Shown here piece after piece: positions 51,168-60,643 of a stretch of 64,000 nucleotides of DNA. The notes below the pieces were generated by a model. It was not told the origin of the DNA and did no database searches. It was given only the letters and a program-made list of their open reading frames with translations. Position 1 is the first letter of the stretch. Each line of letters starts with the position of its first letter. The position numbers and the translations under genes were made by a program. The DNA is from Bacilli bacterium (GTDB lineage Bacteria; Bacillota_I; Bacilli_A; RF39; UBA660), in assembly GCA_051872765.1 (NCBI GenBank), contig JBJEED010000091.1, positions 17,878 through 81,877 on the forward strand. Reading direction: 5' to 3'.

Positions 51168-52562
51168 ATGTATAGTAATAAAAGAAATGGTTTTAGTATT
51201 TTAGATATTCTTGTTAAAATTATATTCATTGCGTTGTTTATATTTATTCTAATATGGTTATTTAAAAAGAATGTGCCAAATATGACTGCATTTTATAGTA
51301 ATGTGTTTAGAGAAAATATAAAGTATATGCAAGAAGCAGGTGAAAGTTATTTTACTGATGATAAAATGCCTCAAAATGTTGGTGATACAGTTAAAATTAC
51401 TTTAGCTGAAATGTTTGAAAAGAAATTAATATTACCATTTGTAGATGAAGATGGAAATTCTTGTAATCAATATGAATCTTATGTAAGTATTACTAAAGAA
51501 GTTGATGAAAGTTATTCTTTAAAAACAAACTTAGTATGTAATAAAGAACAGGATTATACAATTAAAGTACTTGGATGCCATAACTATTGTAAAGATAGTG
51601 AATGCTCTAAAACTTGTAGTATTGAAAAAATAACATCTTATCAATATAAAAAATTAGCAACTTCAACTAAGACTGTATATAGTTGTCCAAGTGGCTATAA
51701 ATTAGATGGTAAGTATTGTATTAAAACAATACTTGCTGATACAACATCAGCGAAAGTAACAACTGTTTCTACAACTAAAGTAGAAGTGCCTGCTATTGTA
51801 AAAAAAGTTGAGGGAGAAAAGACACTTTTAAATACTATTAAGACTAGTGTTCGTGAGTATGTAGATAGAATTGAAACAACAACACCAGGTCAAACTACTA
51901 CAACAACTATTCCATATACTTGTACAAAAGAACAAACTACTAGACAATGTTCAACAACTTATACACAAAATGCATATTCTTGTAATTGTACTACTCATGT
52001 AGGTCCAACAGGAAAACCAAGTACTACTTGTAGCACATGTTATGAAACTGTACCAGTTGAAACTTGTAAGGATGTAACTTCTACATATCAAGATACATGC
52101 TATAAGAGTGTGACATCTACTACTCCAGATGTAACTACTTATTCTTGTCCAGTTGATACAATTGAAGAAGGATCTGGAGAAAACTTAAAATGTTATAAGG
52201 TTGTTAAAAAATATAGTTGTCCAGCAGAAGCAAATTTAAAAGAGGGAAGTGGATCTAGTCTTAAATGTTATAAAGTCAAGGAAGGATCAGTTACATATAC
52301 TTGTCCTGATAGTACTTATACATTAAGTGCAGATAAGTGTTATAAGTATATTAATGAAGAAAGTACACAATATATTTGTAAAGATGGTTATAAATTAGAA
52401 GGAACTTTATGTAAGAAATATACTACTGAAAAAATTAAAGCAAATTCCAAGAAAGTAACTACTAAATATTATAAATATCAATGGAGTACTAAGACATCAA
52501 TTCCAGGATGGACTAAGACTGGTAAAACTAAAACTATAAATGGAAAAGAGATTTGTAAATAA
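51168..52562 (+). CDS. Cys-rich secreted/surface protein with a type IV pilin-like N-terminus
   Basis: N-terminus MYSNKRNGFSILDILVKIIFIALFIF resembles a class III (prepilin) signal, with Asp at +5. More than 30 Cys occur in recurring C-x(10-14)-C-Y-K units (CPSGYKLDGKYC, CPVDTIEEGSGENLKCYKV, CPAEANLKEGSGSSLKCYKV, and others). Confidence 0.5.
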   Translation: MYSNKRNGFSILDILVKIIFIALFIFILIWLFKKNVPNMTAFYSNVFRENIKYMQEAGESYFTDDKMPQNVGDTVKITLAEMFEKKLILPFVDEDGNSCNQYESYVSITKEVDESYSLKTNLVCNKEQDYTIKVLGCHNYCKDSECSKTCSIEKITSYQYKKLATSTKTVYSCPSGYKLDGKYCIKTILADTTSAKVTTVSTTKVEVPAIVKKVEGEKTLLNTIKTSVREYVDRIETTTPGQTTTTTIPYTCTKEQTTRQCSTTYTQNAYSCNCTTHVGPTGKPSTTCSTCYETVPVETCKDVTSTYQDTCYKSVTSTTPDVTTYSCPVDTIEEGSGENLKCYKVVKKYSCPAEANLKEGSGSSLKCYKVKEGSVTYTCPDSTYTLSADKCYKYINEESTQYICKDGYKLEGTLCKKYTTEKIKANSKKVTTKYYKYQWSTKTSIPGWTKTGKTKTINGKEICK

Positions 52563-52624
52563 ATCTCTCTTTTTTTTTCATTTTGTTGTATAATATTAAG
52601 TAGATTTTTAAATTGAGGTGTATT

Positions 52625-53071
52625 ATGAAAAAAAATAAAAATATAATTATTATTATTAGTATACTATTTGGATTTGTATTATTTTTTATATTGTCATTTA
52701 TGATATCTGGTAATACTAGTGAACCACTAAAAGAAAATGTAAATATTGATGAATGGTATAGTGAAACTCAAAAGGATGAATATGTCATTACTGTAATCGG
52801 ACAAACTACTTGTCCAAACTGTAAAGCTTATAAACCTATTATTTCAAGTTTATCTACTAAATATAAACTTAACTTATATTTCTTTGAAAGTGATATGTTA
52901 GAAGAAGAAGAATATAATAAATTAATTAGTTCATATGAGGAATTTGACCATGAATATGTTCCATTTACGGCTATTACTAAAAATGGTAAAGTATTAACTA
53001 CGACTGTTGGGAAAAAAGAGAAAAATGAACTAATTGAATTTTTAAAAGAATATGGAGTTATTAAAAACTAG
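52625..53071 (+). CDS. Membrane-anchored thioredoxin-fold thiol-disulfide oxidoreductase (CPNC active site)
   Basis: N-terminal TM, then VITVIGQTTCPNCKAY, a Trx-like CxxC context. Start taken at ATG 52625. Confidence 0.6.
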   Translation: MKKNKNIIIIISILFGFVLFFILSFMISGNTSEPLKENVNIDEWYSETQKDEYVITVIGQTTCPNCKAYKPIISSLSTKYKLNLYFFESDMLEEEEYNKLISSYEEFDHEYVPFTAITKNGKVLTTTVGKKEKNELIEFLKEYGVIKN

Positions 53072-53157
53072 TAATCTAGTTTTTTTTAATGTATAATTTA
53101 AGTTGTAAGTAATTATTTTTATTACTTAGGAAAGCGAGGTATTAAAAATCGTATATT

Positions 53158-54261
53158 ATGAAAAAATTATTATCGTATTCAATAATTATTTGTTTTATAT
53201 TAATATTTGTTAAATACAGATATAGTGATTATGATATTAAATATGAAATTGGTGATTATAAAATAAGAACTAGTTATAGTGATAAAAGATTATATTATGA
53301 AATTACTGATGGTAATAAAACATATAATTTTGATGTATATATGAGAAGAAGTCTAAGTAAAAAAAATATTACAAATATTAAAACTATTGAGGGAGATAAT
53401 TTTAATTGTATATATCCTGTAGTAAAAGATATAGAAACTTATCCTTTATGTTATATAGGGGATGAGTTTACTGATTATAATTTAATTGATTCAGAATTAC
53501 TTGAGTCGTATAAAAAAGAAACAATTAACATTGAAAAATCCGAAAAAGATTTTATTTATTATAATAATTTAGATAATAGTGAGTATATTGCTTTATGGAA
53601 TTATAAAGGTTATATAGTAATGAATGGAAAAACTTATAATAATATTGATTTATTCAAAAAAGATAAATATGATAATACTCTTTCTTATTTAATAAAAGAT
53701 ACTTTGTATATAGCTGATTATGATCAAGAGCATGAATATAATAAATTAATAACTTTGAATTTAAAAACACTTAAAAAATCAGAAATTATTCTTAATAAAA
53801 AGATAGATTTTGATTCATATTTTGTGGGTCATATTAATAAAAAATTATACATATATGATAATAAAAATAGTATATTATATGAAATAGATATTAGAAATGG
53901 AGAAACTGAAATAAAAGGAAATAATGAAATTGGTTTTGTGAAATATAATAATGGTAAGTTTATTGTATGTAGTAAATCTGAATATAAAATAAACAAAATA
54001 AAATATGATATAAATGAATCAATATACATATATACGAACAATAATGGTTTATTTAAAACAATAAAAGAAAATAGTAAGTTAATACAGAAAATTACAAATG
54101 ATGATGTAAAACTTATTAAAGAAAATAATAATAAAATATATTATTTAGATGTAGATAGTTTTTATATGTATACTCCTAATAATGGAAATGAATTAATATT
54201 TTATAATTATGAATTATCTTTTAATAATGAAAATACAATATTCGTATATTTAAATAACTAA
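53158..54261 (+). CDS. Hypothetical N-terminally anchored, beta-rich N/Y/K-rich protein
   Basis: Signal/TM at the N-terminus; no family recognised. Confidence 0.4.
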   Translation: MKKLLSYSIIICFILIFVKYRYSDYDIKYEIGDYKIRTSYSDKRLYYEITDGNKTYNFDVYMRRSLSKKNITNIKTIEGDNFNCIYPVVKDIETYPLCYIGDEFTDYNLIDSELLESYKKETINIEKSEKDFIYYNNLDNSEYIALWNYKGYIVMNGKTYNNIDLFKKDKYDNTLSYLIKDTLYIADYDQEHEYNKLITLNLKTLKKSEIILNKKIDFDSYFVGHINKKLYIYDNKNSILYEIDIRNGETEIKGNNEIGFVKYNNGKFIVCSKSEYKINKIKYDINESIYIYTNNNGLFKTIKENSKLIQKITNDDVKLIKENNNKIYYLDVDSFYMYTPNNGNELIFYNYELSFNNENTIFVYLNN

Positions 54262-54289
54262 ATTTAAAAAAATACATATAATACTTTAG

Positions 54290-54547
54290 GTGATTAAAGT
54301 GTTAGATTATGAAATTAAAAATAGTATAGAAAGTCCTTTTTATAGTATATATGAAATTAAAAAAGGAGATACATTATATAAGATATCTAAAGAATATAAT
54401 GTAAATACTAAGTTACTTGCTGAATTAAATGGTCTTGATTTAGATGATTATATTTATCCAGGTCAAGGTCTATTGGTTCCTAAAAAAGATGTAAGTTATT
54501 ATATTACTAAAGATGGGGATACGATTTTTGTGGGGAATAATGAGTAA
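54290..54547 (+). pseudogene. 5' portion of a split tandem-LysM gene: intact LysM1, with LysM2 interrupted after ...YYITKDGDT by the recombinase element
   Basis: LysM1 is YEIKKGDTLYKISKEYNVNTKLLAELNGLDLDDYIYPGQGLLVP. The ORF then reaches the start of a second LysM (VSYYITKDGDT) and diverges into element sequence (IFVGNNE*). Confidence 0.6.
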
Positions 54548-54599
54548 AATTATTGATTTATTTAGAAAAAAGTTTATAATATAAAGCAAGATAGGGGAT

Positions 54600-54980
54600 T
54601 TGCTAATGGAAGAGGATGAAAAAATTAGTCTTGAAATGTCTAATAACTTGAACTATGCTTTATCAAATTTAAAACAAGCTATAGAAGAGATAAATGTTTT
54701 AGAAGATAAGACATACTTTGAATTGACTAAACAACAAATAATTGATTATTTAAATTATGTTTATGCAAACATAAAGGACTGGAAAAAGAGTTATGAAACA
54801 AAAAATTATAAAATAATTACAGATAAATATAAAGAAATAGAATCTATTATTTCACAATTAGAATTTTGTTTAGTTGAATTTGATAATAAGTTTCATATAG
54901 AAGGCATATCATATTCTATATTCCAAATTGGCAAAATTATATCTAATTTAGAGAAAGAGAGTGATAAAAATGGCAGATGA
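54600..54980 (+). CDS. Hypothetical helical protein (cargo of the element)
   Basis: 126-aa ORF, no family recognised. Confidence 0.4.
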   Translation: MLMEEDEKISLEMSNNLNYALSNLKQAIEEINVLEDKTYFELTKQQIIDYLNYVYANIKDWKKSYETKNYKIITDKYKEIESIISQLEFCLVEFDNKFHIEGISYSIFQIGKIISNLEKESDKNGR

Positions 54981-55521
54981 TAAACCAATAATAAAAGCAA
55001 CTACTCCAAATAGTAGTAAATATGATGCTAAAATAGATGTGTACACATCAGATCCTAAAGGTCCTCATGAATCAATTCATATAGCAGTCGATAGCGATTC
55101 AAAGTCAGCACATATTATAGACACAACAAATGGCGGTACAGAACATACTGATGTTAAATGTTATTTAACTTCGGCTTGTATGAAATATTTTCAAGAAAAA
55201 TTTGATGATAATTGTTATGAATTAACAATACTAAGATGGTTTAGAGATAATTTTGTTTCAAAGGAAGATATACAACATTACTATGAAGTAGCACCAATTA
55301 TTGTTGAAACAATTAATAAAGAAGAAAAATCTGATATTATTTATGATTATATTTACGATAATATAGTAGATTATTGTGTTGAACAAATTGAACAAGGAAA
55401 CTATGAGGCAGCATATAACAGATATAAAAATAGTGTTTTAGTATTAGAAGAACAATTTGCAAAACCAGCATTAACAGATAGATTTATAAAAACTTTAAAA
55501 TTAAAAACTAATAATCAGTAA
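54961..55521 (+). CDS. Hypothetical protein (cargo of the element)
   Basis: 186-aa ORF, followed by the hairpin AATCATCCT...AGGATGATT. Confidence 0.4.
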   Translation: MIKMADDKPIIKATTPNSSKYDAKIDVYTSDPKGPHESIHIAVDSDSKSAHIIDTTNGGTEHTDVKCYLTSACMKYFQEKFDDNCYELTILRWFRDNFVSKEDIQHYYEVAPIIVETINKEEKSDIIYDYIYDNIVDYCVEQIEQGNYEAAYNRYKNSVLVLEEQFAKPALTDRFIKTLKLKTNNQ

Positions 55522-55946
55522 AAATTAATCATCCTATAAAATTTAGTGAAAACTAGAAATTAGGATGATTTTTTGTGCTATAAATTATAGTTAATATTAG
55601 ACTTATCCTATATAGCATCCTACTTTGTAGGATGAATTTCGTAAGTACGAAATAAGCATGGTGCATATACAAGCCCTTATTTCATAAGGAAAAGTGAGTA
55701 TATATGCACCATTTTCTTATCCTGCTATTCGATATTTTAATAGATTCTTAACTATTTTAGAATGATAGACAAAACTTTCCATTGTAAATGACTTGATTCT
55801 TATATTTTAAGAGAGGTATCATACATGCAAAAGGAGATGATGTTTATGAATATGAAGGAGGACTATGATATTAAGTAATATTATTAGGTATGTCTATAAC
55901 ACACCTAATAATATTACTAAAACAAAATTTAAAGCCATAGAATTTA

Positions 55947-56144
55947 TTGGGGGTATTAAACTCTATGGTTAAATACAAAGTTAATTTGAAATTTAAAGAA
56001 AATGGAAAATCTTTAAATGAAACAATAACTAATGTATTAAAAATTGAACTAGAAAAAAGAACAAATACGACTTGTAATATTTTAAAAAAGGAGTTACCAT
56101 TCAAGCATACTCATTATTCCCAAATGGAAGGGAGTAGGAATTGA
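55947..56144 (+). CDS. Small ORF immediately upstream of, and overlapping, the recombinase start; possible ribbon-helix-helix-like or recombination directionality factor
   Basis: KYKVNLKF...SLNETITNVLKIELEKR has a beta-strand then helix pattern; speculative. Confidence 0.2.
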   Translation: MGVLNSMVKYKVNLKFKENGKSLNETITNVLKIELEKRTNTTCNILKKELPFKHTHYSQMEGSRN

Positions 56145-57709
56145 TGATAGGGAATAGTAGTTTTAAAGCAGGAATATATATAAGATTATCAAGAGATGAT
56201 GGAAATATTGAATCTGATAGTATTGTTAGTCAAAGAAGTTTACTTAATCAGTATGTTAAAGAAAATAACTACAATATAATAGATGAATATGTTGATGATG
56301 GATTTACTGGAACTAATTTTGAAAGACCATCATTTAAAAGAATGATTAGTGACATTGAAATTGGCAAAATTAATATGATTATTACTAAAGATATGTCTAG
56401 ATTAGGTAGAGATTATATAGGTACAGGAGAACTCATTGAAAAGTATTTTCCAAATAAAAATGTTAGGTATATTGCTATTAACGATGGTATTGATACATTT
56501 ATAGATAATACAAATAATGATATAGCACCTTTTAAAGCTATAATGAATGATATGTATGCTAAAGATATTTCTAAAAAAGTTAAAACAAGTTTGCATTCTA
56601 GAATGAAAGAAGGATTGTATGTATCTGGTAGATGCCCATTTGGTTATATGAAAGATCCAAATAATAAAAATCATTTAGTCATAAATGAAGAACAAGCAGA
56701 AGTAGTTAAATTAATATTTGATTTGGCGCTTAAAGGTAATACTTACCACTATATTGCTCAAGAATTAACTAAAAGAAAAATTAAAACACCAGCATCCTAT
56801 TATAACTATGTTTGGAATACTAAGTGTATAAATACAAATTGTATTTCACAAGAATATGGTGTATGGGTTGATACAACAATTAAATCAATTTTAACTAATA
56901 GAATTTATGTAGGTGATGTAGTGCAAGGTAAAACTAAAAAGATTAATTATAAACTTAAAAAGACGGTTAAAAATAATCCAAATGATTACATTGTAGTTGA
57001 AAATATACATGAACCAATAATTGATAGAGATACATTTAATTATGTTCAAACTTTATTACCTAAAAATGTTAAAAGACCAGAAAAGAAACGATTTTATTTA
57101 TTAGATGGACTTTTATATTGCGGAGATTGTAAACATCGTATAACTATTAGATATCAAACTAAAACTGACAGAAGTTATACAACTTGTGATTATTATAGAA
57201 CATATTCAAAATATCATGTTTGTACAACTCATACAAATAATTATGAAGTATTAGAAAGTGTAATTTTAGAAAACATAAAAGAAATATGTAAAAGGTATTT
57301 AGATAAAAATAAAATAAAAGATTCTATTGGCAATATAAAATTTGAAGATAATACTTTAAAAATAAAAAAACAAATAGAAAGTTTAGAAATAGCTAATAAT
57401 AAATTAATAGAAAGTCTAGATAAGACTTATATGGATAGGTTAAAAGGAATTATTGATGAGGAACAATACATAAGAATAAGTGAAAATCTAAAACAAGAAA
57501 TAGCTAATAATAAATTAAGTATTGATAGTCTTAAAAATGAACAAATAAATGAAAATAAAGTAGATAATAAACAAATAGAAAAATATATAAATGAATTTTT
57601 ATCATTAGAAAATTCAACTAGAGAATTAATAATTAATTTAGTAGAAAAGATTTATATCTATCAAGATAAAACGATAGATATTATATTTACATTTAAAAAT
57701 GTTACATAA
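56141..57709 (+). CDS. Large serine recombinase (resolvase/invertase catalytic domain, recombinase domain, zinc-ribbon domain, coiled-coil)
   Basis: N-terminus GIYIRLSRDD...SIVSQRSLL (catalytic Ser), ...DDGFTGTNFERP...ITKDMSRLGRD; Cys cluster CGDC...C...C in the C-terminal half; 522 aa. Confidence 0.9.
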   Translation: MMIGNSSFKAGIYIRLSRDDGNIESDSIVSQRSLLNQYVKENNYNIIDEYVDDGFTGTNFERPSFKRMISDIEIGKINMIITKDMSRLGRDYIGTGELIEKYFPNKNVRYIAINDGIDTFIDNTNNDIAPFKAIMNDMYAKDISKKVKTSLHSRMKEGLYVSGRCPFGYMKDPNNKNHLVINEEQAEVVKLIFDLALKGNTYHYIAQELTKRKIKTPASYYNYVWNTKCINTNCISQEYGVWVDTTIKSILTNRIYVGDVVQGKTKKINYKLKKTVKNNPNDYIVVENIHEPIIDRDTFNYVQTLLPKNVKRPEKKRFYLLDGLLYCGDCKHRITIRYQTKTDRSYTTCDYYRTYSKYHVCTTHTNNYEVLESVILENIKEICKRYLDKNKIKDSIGNIKFEDNTLKIKKQIESLEIANNKLIESLDKTYMDRLKGIIDEEQYIRISENLKQEIANNKLSIDSLKNEQINENKVDNKQIEKYINEFLSLENSTRELIINLVEKIYIYQDKTIDIIFTFKNVT

Positions 57710-57837
57710 AAAATGTATCTGGGGATACATTATATAATGTTAGTAAGACATTTGGTATTAATCAGGAAGATTTAGTAAGGCAAAATAAAACAATATATTT
57801 ACTTCCAGAACAAATGATTTTTTATAAAAGAGATTAG
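57697..57837 (+). pseudogene. 3' portion of the split LysM gene (remainder of LysM2)
   Basis: The frame overlapping the last recombinase codons encodes KCYIKNVSGDTLYNVSKTFGINQEDLVRQNKTIYLLPEQMIFYKRD*. This is a LysM domain parallel to LysM1 of ORF 54290; it begins at the second TGGGGATAC copy. Confidence 0.6.
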
Positions 57838-57894
57838 AATATCTAGTCTTTTTTTTTTATAAATGATATAATTACTATAATAGGAGTTGGTTAG

Positions 57895-59502
57895 ATGATA
57901 ATAAAAAAGCCATATGCTTTTTTAATTAAGAATTTTAGGGTCATTCATGGACTTATTTTTGCTATGCTTCTTTATTTGACTTTTAAATTATTTTCTATAT
58001 ATTCTTTTTTTAGTGAATATGTATCTAACCATTATTATATAAACACTGGAACATTAGAAAGTGAATATATTAATTTTATAATGTTTATAGTAGCAAGTTT
58101 AGTTATTATAGTATCTATTATAATATTTTATCTATTATCTGTGAAAAGAAAAGAAAATAAATCTTACATGATAATAGTAATATACAATGTATTACTTATA
58201 ATTTATTTTTTTGTGATGTTTAGAGTATTTCAAGATTTAAATATAAATTCCTTGGATACTGAAACTGTCAGATTTTATAGAGATATTTCAATGATTGCAC
58301 TAATACCAGAGGCTATATTTATGTTAATTATGCTTGGTAGAACACTTGGATTTAATATAAAACAATTTGATTTTAAAAAAGATTTAGAAGAAATAAATAT
58401 AGATAGTAGTGACAATGAGGAAATAGAGCTATCTCTTGGTAATGATACATATAAATTTAAAAGATATATAAGAAAGTTATTTAGACTAGGTAAATATTTT
58501 GTTTTAGAAAATAGATTATTTGTTATATGTGTTAGCTCAGCAATAGTTTTAATACTATGCGTTACAATATTCATGAATATAAACGTTTATGGTACAAATT
58601 ATGAAGAAAATACTCAAATAGTGGCTAATACAGTATGGTATAAAGTTAATTCTAGTTATTTAACGACAACTGATATTAATAATAAAGTAATTAATAAAGG
58701 AAAAACTTATTTGATTGTAAAAGTAGAGGCTGAAAATAAATTATCAAAAACATATACTCTCTCAAGAGAAACATTTAGATTAGAATTTGAAAATGATATA
58801 TTATTTCCAATATTTACATTAAGTAACAGTTTTATTGATTTTGGTGAACTTTTTGTACCAAGAGAATTAAAGGCTAATGAAAATAGGGAATTTGTTGTAG
58901 TATATGAATTAGATACAAAAAAAATATCATCATCTTCATTTACCTTTAAAATTAAAAATTATAATGAAAAGGCATTAGGAGATATACAAGCTCCTTATAA
59001 GGATATTATATTAAAACCAAAAAATATAAATGATATACAAATAGAAGAAGAATATAATATACCATCTTCCTTAGATTTTAAGAAAACTATTTTAAATAAT
59101 TCTAAATTGGAAATAAGTGAATATAATATTAATGATACTTATATTGAAACATATGAACAATGTGAAAATGAAATATGTAAAAATATTAAGTATATAGTTG
59201 CTCCAAATAATATTGGTAAAGGAGAATTAACTATATTAAAATTAAAATCAGATCTGCAGTTAGATGATAATCTATATTTAAAAAAGTATATAAGTATTCC
59301 ATCTGAATTTTTAGAAAAATATGCATATTTAGAATATAATTATTTAGGAACGAAATATATTTCTTATTTAGAAGCAATACCAGTTAAATATAATAAAGAT
59401 AAATATTCTTATTTACAAGTGACAAAAAATATCAAATATTCAAATGATATTAAATTAATTATATTAATTAGAGGAATAAAATACACAATTAACTTGAAAT
59501 AA
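57895..59502 (+). CDS. Hypothetical membrane protein (four N-terminal TM helices plus large extracytoplasmic domain)
   Basis: 535-aa ORF; no family recognised. Confidence 0.45.
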   Translation: MIIKKPYAFLIKNFRVIHGLIFAMLLYLTFKLFSIYSFFSEYVSNHYYINTGTLESEYINFIMFIVASLVIIVSIIIFYLLSVKRKENKSYMIIVIYNVLLIIYFFVMFRVFQDLNINSLDTETVRFYRDISMIALIPEAIFMLIMLGRTLGFNIKQFDFKKDLEEINIDSSDNEEIELSLGNDTYKFKRYIRKLFRLGKYFVLENRLFVICVSSAIVLILCVTIFMNINVYGTNYEENTQIVANTVWYKVNSSYLTTTDINNKVINKGKTYLIVKVEAENKLSKTYTLSRETFRLEFENDILFPIFTLSNSFIDFGELFVPRELKANENREFVVVYELDTKKISSSSFTFKIKNYNEKALGDIQAPYKDIILKPKNINDIQIEEEYNIPSSLDFKKTILNNSKLEISEYNINDTYIETYEQCENEICKNIKYIVAPNNIGKGELTILKLKSDLQLDDNLYLKKYISIPSEFLEKYAYLEYNYLGTKYISYLEAIPVKYNKDKYSYLQVTKNIKYSNDIKLIILIRGIKYTINLK

Positions 59503-59533
59503 AGCATATAATTTGTTATAATTATATGCGTAT

Positions 59534-59607
59534 GGAGCCATAGCCAAGTGGTAAGGCACAGGTCTGCAACACCTTCATCGTCGGTTCAAATCCGACTGGC
59601 TCCTCCA
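59534..59607 (+). tRNA. tRNA-Cys (anticodon GCA)
   Basis: Acceptor stem GGAGCC/GGCTCC, D-arm AGCCAAGTGGTAAGGC, anticodon loop CTGCAAC, T-arm GGTTCAAATCC, encoded CCA. Preceded by the hairpin 59504-59529 and followed by a terminator at about 59626-59656. Confidence 0.85.
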
Positions 59608-59728
59608 ATTAATGTAATATTATATCCAATTTTATGAGTTGAATTGGTTTTTTTTTACTATAAAAAATATTTATAAATATAGACCTAAATTGCTATATAA
59701 AAGATAATAATACACAAAAAAATCATGA

Positions 59729-60643
59729 CTAACAATCATGATTTTTACATTTTTCAGAATTATATTCTATTTCTAAAGTGACATGTTCAATATCATTATC
59801 CTTTAATACTTTTTTAATATCATTTTTTAAAGTTATTATTTCTTTTTGAGTGACATCTTTATTAAGAGATACATGGGCAGTCATACAATTATTAATAGCA
59901 TCAACTGACCATACATGTATATGATGAATATCTTTAACATTATCAAATTTATCTTTTATTATCTTTTTTAAATTATCAATGTTAATATTTTTAGGAACTT
60001 TTTCCATAAATATATCAAATATTTCTTTTAAGTTTTTATAAACATGTAATAGTATAAATAATGCAATAAGTATTGATAGTATTGGATCGATAATTAATAG
60101 TCCAGTTATTTTTATTACTACACTTCCTAATAATACAGCTAACCAACCAAATACATCTTCAAGCATATGCAAATTAATTGCTTTTTCATTATGTTTAATA
60201 CCTTTAGAAGTTTTATAAGCGGCATAACCATTTATCATAACACCAAATATTGCAAATATAATCATCGCATCATGATTAACTTCTTCTGGTTGAAATAACC
60301 TAGGTATTGCATTTATTATAACAAATCCTGAACCAATTAATAGAACAACTGATGCAAGTAAAGCTCCCACTAATGAGTATCTTAAGTATCCATATGTATA
60401 TGTTTCATCTGGATTCTTTTTACTTTTTCTTTCTAATAAATACGATATTCCAATTGAAAAGGAATCTCCTAAATCGTGTATTGCATCTGAAAATATAGAA
60501 ATGCTATTTGTTAAAATTCCGCCAAAGAACTCAAGTATTGAAAATATTAAATTAAGAAAAAAAGCTGCTTTAATATTTTCTGATGCTTTATTTGCTAGTT
60601 CTTTAATATGATCATGATTTTCTTTTTTATTTTTCTTTGCCAT
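59729..60643 (-). CDS. Cation diffusion facilitator family transporter (CzcD-like)
   Basis: Six TM helices, metal-binding HD/DxxxD pairs (FSDAIHDLGDSFS), C-terminal His/Cys-rich tail. Confidence 0.85.
   Translation of the reverse strand: MAKKNKKENHDHIKELANKASENIKAAFFLNLIFSILEFFGGILTNSISIFSDAIHDLGDSFSIGISYLLERKSKKNPDETYTYGYLRYSLVGALLASVVLLIGSGFVIINAIPRLFQPEEVNHDAMIIFAIFGVMINGYAAYKTSKGIKHNEKAINLHMLEDVFGWLAVLLGSVVIKITGLLIIDPILSILIALFILLHVYKNLKEIFDIFMEKVPKNINIDNLKKIIKDKFDNVKDIHHIHVWSVDAINNCMTAHVSLNKDVTQKEIITLKNDIKKVLKDNDIEHVTLEIEYNSEKCKNHDC

Larger units (their letters stand above)
54523..57720 (+). mobile_element. Approximately 3.2-kb intervening element with a large serine recombinase, inserted in a tandem-LysM gene and bounded by the 9-bp direct repeat TGGGGATAC
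   Basis: TGGGGATAC at 54514-54522 and 57720-57728 is in the same reading frame relative to the flanking LysM codons. Deleting one repeat plus the intervening DNA yields a continuous 113-aa 2xLysM ORF. Confidence 0.55.

Noticed and set aside
56040-56140. Looked for a mother-cell sigma-E or sigma-K promoter upstream of the recombinase (GCATACTCAT resembles the CATACA-T -10 element)
   Set aside because: The spacing to the nearest ATATT-like -35 is about 24 bp, which is too long. The match is partial, so no promoter call is made.
46697-59607. Considered a prophage or ICE for the accessory block
   Set aside because: No terminase, portal, capsid, tail, relaxase or type IV secretion genes are recognisable. 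Only the single serine recombinase is mobile-element-like, and it is fully explained by the 3.2-kb intervening element.
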